DNA from: Vicinamibacteria bacterium
GTDB taxonomy: Bacteria > Acidobacteriota > Vicinamibacteria > Marinacidobacterales > Marinacidobacteraceae
Direction: 5' to 3'
Assembly: GCA_963555995.3 (NCBI GenBank)
Contig: OY821641.1
Location: 2,912,001 to 2,976,000, forward strand
DNA: 64,000 nucleotides
The notes under the pieces are model-generated. The model was not told the DNA's origin. It saw only the letters and a list, made by a program, of their open reading frames with translations, and searched no databases. A program made the position numbers and the translations under genes. Of this stretch, positions 29,858 to 39,057 are shown in pieces. How positions within the stretch are numbered: the stretch's first letter is position 1; the number at the start of each line of letters is the position of its first letter.

Positions 29858-30025
29858 CGGCTTGGAACGCCGGCTTCAGCCGGCACCCGCTGCGCGACAG
29901 CGCAGCGGAATGGCCAATCGCCGTGTTGCCCGGTGTTCCGGGTGCTGGCCATCCCGGCGGATGAGGTCCGGGCCGCCGCCCGCCTGCGGCGGGCTGTGCC
30001 GGCTGAAGCCGGCGTTCCAGGCCGG
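29858..30025. repeat. REPIN/MITE-like element, shorter copy
   Basis: Same inverted REP ends and partial core as 25949-26160; lies between convergent genes. Confidence 0.8.
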
Positions 30026-30075
30026 CGGCGCCATCACCGCCGTCAACCGACGGGCAGCCGGCGTTCCCTCCCGCC

Positions 30076-31581
30076 CTAACGCCCCGAAGTCCGCTCGATG
30101 AACCCGCCGACGTCGTCCCGCCACTGCGGCAGGAGCGATTCCTCGACGTACATCATGTGGCCGGCGGCGAAGTCCGCCCGCTCGATGTTGGCCCGGAGGT
30201 CCGGGGGGAGCCCCATCTGCTCCACGGACCACATCGCGGCGAAGTAGGGCGTGGCGAGGTCGTAGATCCCGTTGACCAGCAGGACCTTCAGGTCGGGGTT
30301 CCGCTTCATGGCCTGCGCCAGGTCGGGCGCCACGTTGGGCGTCCCGCCGCCCCGGGCGAAGAAGCCGCCGCCGCCCAGCCGGCCCCAGTTCCAGTTGCGG
30401 GTGGCGCCGCTCGGCACGTACTCGCGGTCGCCGTCGTAGCCCAGCTCGCCGCGCAGGTAGCTGTTGAACGCCGAGGTGTAGGCGGAGCTGATCGCGGTGG
30501 ACTGGGGGTCGTGCGAGGGACGGCCGCCCAGCACGTCGCCGGCGGGTCCGGTGAAGCGGGCGTCGAGCCGTCCCACGATGCGTCCCTCATCGCGGAGCAG
30601 TTCGGCCTCGAAGGCGGGGGCGGTGACCCGCAGGTTCGACTTGGCGATGAAGTCCTTGCTGAGGCCGGTGTAGAGGTGCATCTGGTCAATCACGCGGGCC
30701 CGCTTTTCCGGATCGAGGGTCGTACCGGCGAGGAGCGCGGTCGCGTAGTCGTTCAGCGACCACGCCTCCACCTCGGCCATGAACGCCTCCAGGTTGTCGG
30801 GAGAACCGCCGGGGAGGCGGTCCAGGTAGCGCGCGGTGATGGCGTAGGACGGGAGGTTGACGATGTAGGGGATGTCGTCCCCGGGCGCGAACTGGATGGT
30901 GTTGAACTGGAGGACCACCGAGACCAGCACGATGCCGTTCAGATCAATGTTGGCGCGCTGCAGGTGTCGGGCGACGACCGCGGAGCGGGTGGTCCCGTAG
31001 CTTTCCCCGAGCAGATAGCGGGGCGAATTCCAGCGGTCGTACTCGCTCAGGAAGCGCCGGACGAATTGGGCGAGCGAACGGGCGTCCTCGTCGATGCCCC
31101 AGAACCAGGACCCCTCGGTGTCCCCGACGGGGTGGCTGAAGCCCGTGCCGATGGGGTCCACCATCACGATGTCCGCCATGTCGAGGAGCGTGTAGGCGTT
31201 GTCCTCCAGTGGATAGGGAGGCGCCCCCTGCGGCCCGACCTCGGGAGTGACCACCCGGCGCGGTCCCATGATGCCCATGTGCAGCCAGAAGGAAGCGGAG
31301 CCGGGTCCGCCGTTGTAGGCGAAGATGAGCGGCCGCTCGCGGGACGGGGCGCCGTTTGTGCGGAAGTAGGCGGTGTAGAAGAGCTTGCCGGCCGGCTCGC
31401 CGTCCTCGCCGGTCAGCGTGGTGTTCGCAACCACGGCGTCGTACTCGACGGTCTCGCCGTTCATCTCGATCGAGTGGCTGGTTTCCCAGCGGGAGGCCGG
31501 CGCCGCGGATTCGGTTTCCTGGGCGGCGGCTCCTCCGGTGACGAGGAGCAGAGCGGTCAGCAAGAGGAGCTTCTTCAACAT
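30076..31581 (-). CDS. S10-family serine carboxypeptidase
   Basis: NGGPGSAS, DPIGTGFS, GESYG, DLATP, AGHMMY. Confidence 0.92.
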   Translation of the reverse strand: MLKKLLLLTALLLVTGGAAAQETESAAPASRWETSHSIEMNGETVEYDAVVANTTLTGEDGEPAGKLFYTAYFRTNGAPSRERPLIFAYNGGPGSASFWLHMGIMGPRRVVTPEVGPQGAPPYPLEDNAYTLLDMADIVMVDPIGTGFSHPVGDTEGSWFWGIDEDARSLAQFVRRFLSEYDRWNSPRYLLGESYGTTRSAVVARHLQRANIDLNGIVLVSVVLQFNTIQFAPGDDIPYIVNLPSYAITARYLDRLPGGSPDNLEAFMAEVEAWSLNDYATALLAGTTLDPEKRARVIDQMHLYTGLSKDFIAKSNLRVTAPAFEAELLRDEGRIVGRLDARFTGPAGDVLGGRPSHDPQSTAISSAYTSAFNSYLRGELGYDGDREYVPSGATRNWNWGRLGGGGFFARGGGTPNVAPDLAQAMKRNPDLKVLLVNGIYDLATPYFAAMWSVEQMGLPPDLRANIERADFAAGHMMYVEESLLPQWRDDVGGFIERTSGR

Positions 31582-31654
31582 TTCGGGACCTCCGGGCATG
31601 GCGGGAGTGGAGCCGGCGAGCATACGGGATCGGTGGGCGCCGGGCGGATATGAG

Positions 31655-31685
31655 AAAGGGGGCCGCCCGTCACCGGGCGGCCCCC
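31655..31685 (-). terminator. Probable intrinsic terminator after the TonB receptor gene
   Basis: GC hairpin gggggccgccc/gggcggccccc followed by only a short TTT on the minus strand. Confidence 0.5.
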
Positions 31686-31704
31686 CCGGGGCAAGAGTGA
31701 AATC

Positions 31705-34551
31705 CTAGAAGACGAACCCCGCGAGGAACATCAGCCGGCGAGGCTCCACCCAGCTTGACGGGATGAACTGCTCGCCCGGAGTTTCGAGCCGCAGGCTCTG
31801 GTTCCAGATGCTCGCGGTGCTGTTCAACGCGTTGTAGAGATAGGCATCCAGTTTCAGGGTGGCGTCGCCGATGTCCAACCGCTTCCCGAAACGGATGTCC
31901 ACGATATTCAGTTGCGGATGCTCCAGCCCCGGGCGCGAACCGGCGAGTTCGACAATGATGTTGTTCGCCGGCTGCTCCGAGACGCCCGCGGCCCGAACCT
32001 GACGGGAGAAGGGTTTCCCGCTCTCGACGTTCACGTTGGCGGCGAGGATCAGGTCCCAGGGAAGGAACAGGACGCCCTGGAGCCGGAACATGTGCGGGCG
32101 GTCGCCCTGGAGCCGCTGTCCGTCGTTCAGGTTCAGGTAGGCGTTCGGGTCCTGGCCGACCGTGCTCCCGTAGAAGGGATTGTTCTGGGACTCGTACCAC
32201 GGACGCGGAATGAGGCCATGCGACTTCGAGTAGGTGTAGGAACCCTGGATGTTCCAGAGCCCGGCGTCCCGCATCGCGAAATAGAACAGGACGCCGTCGT
32301 AGGTCTGCTCGTACTTCTCTGGGGCGCCAGGGAAATCTCCGGGTGAATTCCCCTTCACCAGCGTCGGCTGCACCGTCTGGCTCAGGATGGTCATCGGAGC
32401 CCCGGTATAGGGATCCGCCCACGGGATGCTCTCGTATTGGCCGCCGAGGATGGACCAGCCCACCATCCGGTCGGTGTACTTGTGGACGTACTGCAGACCC
32501 AAGGACATGTTGTTGCCGACCTCCCGTTCGTAGGCGGCGGTGTAGTGGTAGGACCGCGGCGCCACCAGGTTGTCCGGCTGTGCCAGGTCTGCGGCGGTGG
32601 TCGCGAAGAGCAGGTCACCGAGCGTCCCGTCGTCGTTCAGCGCGTAGAGCTGCCAAGGCGTCACCCCGGGCGCCGGAGCGTCCCAGTTGCCGATGACGTT
32701 CTGGTCGTAGTGGATCCCGAAGAAGCCCTTGATGGCCGAGCGACCCTCCTCGTCCGGGCGGAAGGTGAACCCGAGCCGGGGACTGACCAGGTTCCAGCTC
32801 ACGATGTCCGGATCTCCGGGCGCGGACCCCGACACCGACACTGCATTGATGGCGGTGAACTCGGTTTCCTGCCCGGAATCGGGCACGCCGAGCAGGTCGT
32901 ACGCGGGGATTTCGCCGCGGTTCAGGTCCAGCCGGACGCCCAGGTTCAGCGTGAGCCGTTCTCCGACGTTCACGGTGTCGTCAATGAAGAAGCCGTGGTC
33001 GCGCGAGATGCCGCCGTACCGGTAGGGCTCCTGGATGACCTGGTAGAGATACCCGCCCGACTGGTACTGGTAGGCGCTGTTCGGCCCCGCAGCCACCGCG
33101 GTCTCGGCAACCCCCCGGGCGAGCTGGACGCCGAAGCGGAATTCATGCTGCGCGCCGAGGAAGTCATCCGCGTAGTGCGTGATCTTGGCGTTGAACTGGT
33201 TGCTCCAGGTCCGGTAGTCCCACGGATAGGTGATCCCGCCCTCGTACGTCGTCGTCGGCTCCGCGTCGTAGTTGACGAAGGGCATGTCGAAGCTGCCGGT
33301 CGGCGAGTCGTGGATGTCACTTGCCGTCCACTGGGAATACCGGGCCTCGAAGATGGTGGTGTCCGAGATCGTACTGGTCAGTCCGCCCGCGAACGTGACC
33401 GTGGCCCCGCGCTCGACGAACGCCGCCGAGGCGGTGACGTTGGGCGAGCTGCCGCCGATGAACGCCCAGTCCTCGATATGGGAGTTCACGAAGATCTCGT
33501 GCCGGTCGGTCAGCTTCGTGGTCAGCTTCAGGCTCAGCTTGTCGTTCTCGCTGTTGTCCGCGGTGGCGTCTGCCGGATTGTTGCCGGCCTCCCAGGCGCT
33601 GTCCCGCGAGTACTGGCCGCCCGCCATGAACCACATCCGCTCGCGAATCACCGGGCCGCCGACGGTCAGGGTGATGTCCGCGAAGTTGTCCCGCTCGTAG
33701 GCGAACGCGTCCGGGCTTCCCGCCGAGACCGGCTCCCCGGTGCCGGCGTCCGCGTAGATTTCGGGAAAGGTGAGGGCGTCGCTCTGGTAGAAGTAGTTGC
33801 CGGCGCCGCTGAAGGTGTCGCCGCCCTTCTTGGTCACGATGTTGAAGGTGCCGCCGGTGGCGTTCCCGAACTCGGCCGGCGCGCCGACCCCGATGATCTC
33901 CACCTCCTCGATCATGTCCACGTTCGGATCTCCCCAGGAAGAGCCGGTTTCCGGTGCGCTGGTCTCGACGCCATCAATGTTCCACGAGTTCGATTGCTGG
34001 TTCGAGCCGAAAGCAATCGCCCGATCGCCCCCGCCGCCGCTGTTCATCTGGCTGATCCCGGGCGAGATGTGGATGTAATCGTAGAAGTTGCGTTCGGTGG
34101 GCAGTTCCTCGACCAGTTCGGCGCTGAAGGTGGTGATGGTGGCGTTCGAGGCCACGTCCAGCAGCGGGGCCTCCGCAACGACCTGGACGGTCTCCTGGAC
34201 GCCGGAGAGGTTCAACGTGGCGTCGAGGGTCGCGGTGGTGGTCTGTCCGACCCGAACCCCTTCGAACCGCACGGTGTCGAAGCCGGCGAGAGAGATCTCC
34301 ACGGCGTAGTCGCCGGCCGTGAGAGCCGCGAACCGGAACACGCCCGACTCATTCGTGACCGTCGCGCGGGAACCGCCGATGATGGCGTCGCTGAGAAGCG
34401 TGGCGGTCGCGCCCGGAATCACGGCGCCGCTGTCGTCGGTCACCGTGCCCCGGATCAGGCCGTCCTGGGCGAGTGAAGCCGCCGGAAGCGCGAGCGCGAG
34501 GATCAGGACCGTGAGCGCTGACGGTTGGGTAAAGCGCGGAAAGTGGGTCAT
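31705..34551 (-). CDS. TonB-dependent receptor (Oar-like)
   Basis: GTVTDDSGAVIPGAT N-terminal domain, plug AEFG...GG..NIVTK, terminal Phe. Confidence 0.92.
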   Translation of the reverse strand: MTHFPRFTQPSALTVLILALALPAASLAQDGLIRGTVTDDSGAVIPGATATLLSDAIIGGSRATVTNESGVFRFAALTAGDYAVEISLAGFDTVRFEGVRVGQTTTATLDATLNLSGVQETVQVVAEAPLLDVASNATITTFSAELVEELPTERNFYDYIHISPGISQMNSGGGGDRAIAFGSNQQSNSWNIDGVETSAPETGSSWGDPNVDMIEEVEIIGVGAPAEFGNATGGTFNIVTKKGGDTFSGAGNYFYQSDALTFPEIYADAGTGEPVSAGSPDAFAYERDNFADITLTVGGPVIRERMWFMAGGQYSRDSAWEAGNNPADATADNSENDKLSLKLTTKLTDRHEIFVNSHIEDWAFIGGSSPNVTASAAFVERGATVTFAGGLTSTISDTTIFEARYSQWTASDIHDSPTGSFDMPFVNYDAEPTTTYEGGITYPWDYRTWSNQFNAKITHYADDFLGAQHEFRFGVQLARGVAETAVAAGPNSAYQYQSGGYLYQVIQEPYRYGGISRDHGFFIDDTVNVGERLTLNLGVRLDLNRGEIPAYDLLGVPDSGQETEFTAINAVSVSGSAPGDPDIVSWNLVSPRLGFTFRPDEEGRSAIKGFFGIHYDQNVIGNWDAPAPGVTPWQLYALNDDGTLGDLLFATTAADLAQPDNLVAPRSYHYTAAYEREVGNNMSLGLQYVHKYTDRMVGWSILGGQYESIPWADPYTGAPMTILSQTVQPTLVKGNSPGDFPGAPEKYEQTYDGVLFYFAMRDAGLWNIQGSYTYSKSHGLIPRPWYESQNNPFYGSTVGQDPNAYLNLNDGQRLQGDRPHMFRLQGVLFLPWDLILAANVNVESGKPFSRQVRAAGVSEQPANNIIVELAGSRPGLEHPQLNIVDIRFGKRLDIGDATLKLDAYLYNALNSTASIWNQSLRLETPGEQFIPSSWVEPRRLMFLAGFVF

Positions 34552-34743
34552 GGGCTTCTCCTCCGAGAATCTCCAGAATTTCGGTTCACGGGATTCAATT
34601 CTGTGGATGGCAACGGGAAATTCTGCTTGAAATCCGGCGGATTCGCCACCGTGTTCCCGGATGACCGGGTCCGAGCCGGGCGCGGAAACGCCGGGTAGAG
34701 CAATGAGGGTGCCGTACCGATCGGGGAACGTGCTCGAAAGCCG

Positions 34744-36372
34744 TCACCGGCAGTCCGGTGCGCTCAGGCCGGCGCGGACCGCGTGGCGTCCGGCCGTCGC
34801 GCCGTCCCCGACGGCGCGGGCCGTTCTCGCCGCGGCGGCGAGCGTTTCCGAGTCGAAGGGGCGGAGCGCCAACGAGCGGTGGAACGCGTCCAGCGCCTCG
34901 GGATGGCGGCCCGACCCTTCGAGCGCGAGTCCGTACCCGGCCAGGTCTTCGGCGAGTCCGGGCGCGTCGGCGCCGGCGTCGCGGCGGCCGTTCAACACGC
35001 GCTCCCAGAGTCGCACCGCCTCCCCGAGGTCGCCGGCCGCGGCGGCGTCCCGCGCGCGCCCGCGGTCTCGTCCGGCCCGGTTGGCGCGCTCCCAGGCGTC
35101 GGCTTCGGCGGCCTTGACCGCGTCGAGACGGGCCAGTACTGCGTCGGCTGCCGGCGCGTCCCCGGCCCGACGCAGCGCGGCGTGGAGGCTGGTCAGGATG
35201 GCGGCGTGGTCGGGGGCCGCATCGGCGAGACGGATGAGTTCACCCGCCGCGCGCTCCACCTCTCCCTCCCGGAGCGCGGCTTTCGCGAGCGCGAAGCGGG
35301 TGTTCAGGGCCTCCGGACGGTTCGCCGCGCGGCTTTCGAGGAGTGCCAGCAACTCCGGGGCGCCGCCGGCGACAATCGCATCGAGCGCCACGCTCGCCAT
35401 CTCGCCGGCGCTGGCCGGATCGAGACGAAGGGCTTCCCGGTAGGCGTCGAGCGATCCCTCCATGTCCAGCCGGAAGGCGCGCAGGCGGCCGAGCGTCATC
35501 CAGAGGGACGCATCGTCTCGGAGTCCGGCCGCCAGCGCCCGCTCGGCAGCCGCCAGGGCTTGCTCCGGGGCCGACTCGGCCGATGTCCAGGCGACCAGGA
35601 ACAGGGCTCGGGGATCGTCCGGGGCGGCGTCGGCCGCCGCTTGGGCCGCACATTGCGCAAGTCGGGGGATCCCGGCCTCGTCGGCGGCCAGCGCCAGCGC
35701 GGTCCAGGGAGCCGGCCGGCCCGGCGCCTGTTCCTTCGCTCTTCTTGCGGCATCGAGGCTCGTTTCCAGCAGCGCTTCCCGCGACTCGGTCGTCGGTTCC
35801 GTCACTTGCGAAGCCGCGAGGCGTCGCGCGAAGTTGGACCGTCCCAGAAGAGCCGGGAGATATGCCGGTGCAATCCGGAGCGCCCGGCCGGTCGCCTCCA
35901 GAGCGTCCTCCAGTCGGCCGGTCGCTCCGAGCGCCTCGGAATAGAGCGCCCACGCCAGCCCGGGGCGCTGGACCGGAACGGCCCCGTCGGGAGCTTCGGG
36001 GCCGTAGGAGCGGGTTGCGGCTTCCAGGTGGTCCGAAGCGACGTCCCATTCACCCCGTTCCACCGCGAGCGCCCCGAGCTGGAATCGGGCCGGGCCGTGG
36101 TGCGGCACCTCCTCCACGACCGAAAGGAGGATCGGGATCGCGCGGTCGGTTTCCTCGGCGGCAATCAGCGCGATGGCCCGCTCCATCCGGGCGCGGATGT
36201 CGGCGGCGGGCTGGTTCGCGCCACCGACCGACCCACCGGAGACGGCGAGGAAGAGCAAGAAGAAACCGAGGACCGGTCCGCGACGTTCCTGCCCGGTTCT
36301 TTCACCGCCCTCCTGCGGAGGGCGATGCCGGTCCGAAGACCGGCGCTCCCGGGGCCGCCGCTCCCCGGTCAT
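34744..36372 (-). CDS. TPR-repeat protein
   Basis: Repeated Ala-rich helical TPR units (e.g. YREALRLDP); hydrophobic N-terminal segment. Confidence 0.75.
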   Translation of the reverse strand: MTGERRPRERRSSDRHRPPQEGGERTGQERRGPVLGFFLLFLAVSGGSVGGANQPAADIRARMERAIALIAAEETDRAIPILLSVVEEVPHHGPARFQLGALAVERGEWDVASDHLEAATRSYGPEAPDGAVPVQRPGLAWALYSEALGATGRLEDALEATGRALRIAPAYLPALLGRSNFARRLAASQVTEPTTESREALLETSLDAARRAKEQAPGRPAPWTALALAADEAGIPRLAQCAAQAAADAAPDDPRALFLVAWTSAESAPEQALAAAERALAAGLRDDASLWMTLGRLRAFRLDMEGSLDAYREALRLDPASAGEMASVALDAIVAGGAPELLALLESRAANRPEALNTRFALAKAALREGEVERAAGELIRLADAAPDHAAILTSLHAALRRAGDAPAADAVLARLDAVKAAEADAWERANRAGRDRGRARDAAAAGDLGEAVRLWERVLNGRRDAGADAPGLAEDLAGYGLALEGSGRHPEALDAFHRSLALRPFDSETLAAAARTARAVGDGATAGRHAVRAGLSAPDCR

Positions 36373-38042
36373 GGCGGCGGGAGGGCGACCGGCTCGGAGC
36401 CGCGGCGGAGGAGCCAGGTTGTGTTCACGGCCAGGGCGCGATGCGTTGCGGCGGCCCCGTCCGGCCAGCGGATCTCGATCTCCACCGGTCGCGCCTCGGA
36501 ATCCCCCGGGGATCCGAGCCCGAAGTGCAGGATCCGCTCGCTGTCGGAGGCGTAGCTCTCGCCGGCTCGCTGCAAGCGCGACTGCCGGGGCGAGACGAGC
36601 GTGACCCGGGCTCCCAGGGCGTCACGCTCTCCCTCGGGGTCCACGAGCCGGAACCGGATCCAGGCCCCGCCGTCCCGTGAGTCGGGAGCCCAGAGCGTGG
36701 GGGCGTCGTCCTGGTTGGCGACCGCGATCTCCCACCGGCCGTCCCCCTCGACGTCGATGAGCGCCATTCCCCGGGAGGATCGTACGGGCGGCCCCAGGGT
36801 TTTCGCTCCGTAGGTCCCGCCGTCCCGGAGGAAGAGCTGGTCCGGTTGCCCGTAGGTCTCCCCGAGCGCCGGATCGTCCTCGACCTGCGGATAGAGGTGG
36901 CCGTTCGCGAAGGCGACGTCCAGGTCGCCGTCGTTGTCGGCGTCGAAGAACAGGGCGCCCCAGCCCAGCGGTCGGAAGGTCGCGGTCGCCATGCCCGCGC
37001 CCACCGCGTCCTCGAGGAAGAGCGAGGGGCCGACTCCCCGGTAGAAGGCGTAGTGGTCGTGGGCGAAGTTCGTGACCACCAGGTCGGGAAACCCGTCCCC
37101 GTCCGCGTCGGCGGCCGCGACGCCCATGCTGCCCTGCGTCGCACCGTCGGCGCTCAGCGCCACTCCGGTAAGGAGTCCGGCGTCCCGAAAGGTCCCGCCG
37201 CGGTTCTCGAGCATGTCGTTCGGACCGCTGTCGTTGGCCACGAAGATGTCCCGGTCGCCGTCATCGTCGAAGTCGAGCGCGACGGCCCCCATGGAATAGC
37301 GCGCCGGAACGTCCCCGATTCCGGAGGCGTCGGTCGCATCCTCGAACGCGGCGTTCCCGCGCCCGCGAAAGAAGCGGTTGGCCTGCGGAACGAGGCCGCG
37401 CGGGCCGTCGAGCACCGGGACCCTCCCGCGCCAGCGCCGGGTCCGCCGTCCGCCCCGGATGTCCGGCTCGTCCGTTTCGATGTAGTTGGCGACGAAGAGG
37501 TCGAGCGTGCGGTCGCCGTCGGCATCCAGGAAGACCGCCCCGATGCTCCAACCGGGATCCGCGACCCCGGCGCGCTCCCCGATCTCGGAGAAGGTTCCGT
37601 CCCCGTTGTTGCGAAAGAGGAGGTTCGGACCCAGGGCCGTCACGTAGAGATCGGGAAAGCCGTCGCCGTCGAAGTCCGCGCTCACCGCGCCCTGGCCGTA
37701 GATGTCGGTCACGAGCCCGGCAGCGTCGGTGACGTCGGAGAAACGCCGGCCGCCCTCGTTCCGGTAGAGCACTCCGGAACGCGCCTGCCAGGCGCCCTGC
37801 GGATCGTCCCAGGAGGGGGCATTGGGGAAATAGAGGTCCGGAAGCCCGTCCTGGTCGTAGTCGAGGACCGCGACCCCCGTGCCGGTGGATTCCGCGATGT
37901 GGTTCTTCTCGGGTCCTCCGGTCCCGGTCACGACCGAGAGGCCCGCCTCGGCGGCAACGTCACGGTATTCCTGGCCCGCGACGGGCGGGGCGAGTGACAG
38001 CGCCAGGATGATCGCGAGAATCCCGGCGGCGGCTCGAGCCAC
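36369..38042 (-). CDS. CRTAC1 / FG-GAP / ASPIC-UnbV protein
   Basis: DxDxDGxxDL repeats; C-terminal LHFGLG...IRWPDG; start inferred. Confidence 0.88.
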   Translation of the reverse strand: MARAAAGILAIILALSLAPPVAGQEYRDVAAEAGLSVVTGTGGPEKNHIAESTGTGVAVLDYDQDGLPDLYFPNAPSWDDPQGAWQARSGVLYRNEGGRRFSDVTDAAGLVTDIYGQGAVSADFDGDGFPDLYVTALGPNLLFRNNGDGTFSEIGERAGVADPGWSIGAVFLDADGDRTLDLFVANYIETDEPDIRGGRRTRRWRGRVPVLDGPRGLVPQANRFFRGRGNAAFEDATDASGIGDVPARYSMGAVALDFDDDGDRDIFVANDSGPNDMLENRGGTFRDAGLLTGVALSADGATQGSMGVAAADADGDGFPDLVVTNFAHDHYAFYRGVGPSLFLEDAVGAGMATATFRPLGWGALFFDADNDGDLDVAFANGHLYPQVEDDPALGETYGQPDQLFLRDGGTYGAKTLGPPVRSSRGMALIDVEGDGRWEIAVANQDDAPTLWAPDSRDGGAWIRFRLVDPEGERDALGARVTLVSPRQSRLQRAGESYASDSERILHFGLGSPGDSEARPVEIEIRWPDGAAATHRALAVNTTWLLRRGSEPVALPPP

Positions 38043-38058
38043 CCGGATCGCGGATCGC

Positions 38059-39057
38059 TCAGTCCCGCGGCGCCGGCTGTTCGTGCCCCAGTACCGGGTG
38101 CGGGATGTAGGGCGCCTCGAGCGCCGCGATCGTTTCCTCATCGAGCGTCAGGTCCACGGCGGCGGCGAGTTCCTCCATCTGTTCGACGCGGGTGGCGCCC
38201 ACGATGGCCGAATCCACTCCCGGCACCGACAGGAGCCAGGCGAGCGCCACCTTCGCCGGCTTCTCGCCGAGGCGGGCGGAGACCTCGATCAGGGTATCCA
38301 GCACCGCGAAGTCCGCCTCTTCATAGTAGAGCCGGTCCGCGTAGGCGTCGTCCCTGGCCCGCGGCGTCGGGTCGCGCTTCGTACGGGTGCGGTTCCCGGC
38401 CAGGAATCCCCGCGCCAGCGGGCTCCAGGGGATCATCCCGATCCCCTGGTCGAGGCAGAGCGGAACCATCTCGCGCTCCTCTTCGCGATACACGAGATTC
38501 AGGTGGTTCTGCATCGAGACGAACCGCGAGGCGCCCATCGCGTCCGCGGTGAAGAGCATGGTGGCGAACTCCCAGGCCGCCATGCTGCTCGCGCCGAGAT
38601 AGCGCACCTTGCCGGCCTTCACCAGCGAATCGAGCGCCTCGATGGTCTCCTCGACCGGGGTCTCGTGGTCGAACCGGTGGATCTGGTAGAGATCAATGTA
38701 GTCGAGCCCGAGGCGGCGGAGCGAAGCGTCGCAGGCCGCCACGATGTGTTTCCGCGAGAGTCCGCCGCGGTTCGGGCCCTTCGCGACCGGGAAATACACC
38801 TTGCTGGCGAGCACGTAGTCCTCGCGGTGGGCCAGTTCCCGGAGCATCTTCCCGGTGATCTCCTCGCTGACGCCCTTCGAGTACATGTTCGCGGTGTCGA
38901 AGAAGTTGATGCCGAGGTCCAGCGCCTTCCGGAAATGGGCGCGTGACGCCTCCTCGTCGAGGATCCACGAACGCCAGTTCGGATCGCCGTAGGTCATGCA
39001 GCCGAGCGTCAGCCGGCTGACCTCGAGGCCCGTGGCGCCCAGTCGCACGGTCTTCAT
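38059..39057 (-). CDS. Aldo/keto reductase
   Basis: LGCMTYG, FDTANMYS, DYIDLYQIH, GKVRYLGAS, PWSPLARG. Confidence 0.95.
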   Translation of the reverse strand: MKTVRLGATGLEVSRLTLGCMTYGDPNWRSWILDEEASRAHFRKALDLGINFFDTANMYSKGVSEEITGKMLRELAHREDYVLASKVYFPVAKGPNRGGLSRKHIVAACDASLRRLGLDYIDLYQIHRFDHETPVEETIEALDSLVKAGKVRYLGASSMAAWEFATMLFTADAMGASRFVSMQNHLNLVYREEEREMVPLCLDQGIGMIPWSPLARGFLAGNRTRTKRDPTPRARDDAYADRLYYEEADFAVLDTLIEVSARLGEKPAKVALAWLLSVPGVDSAIVGATRVEQMEELAAAVDLTLDEETIAALEAPYIPHPVLGHEQPAPRD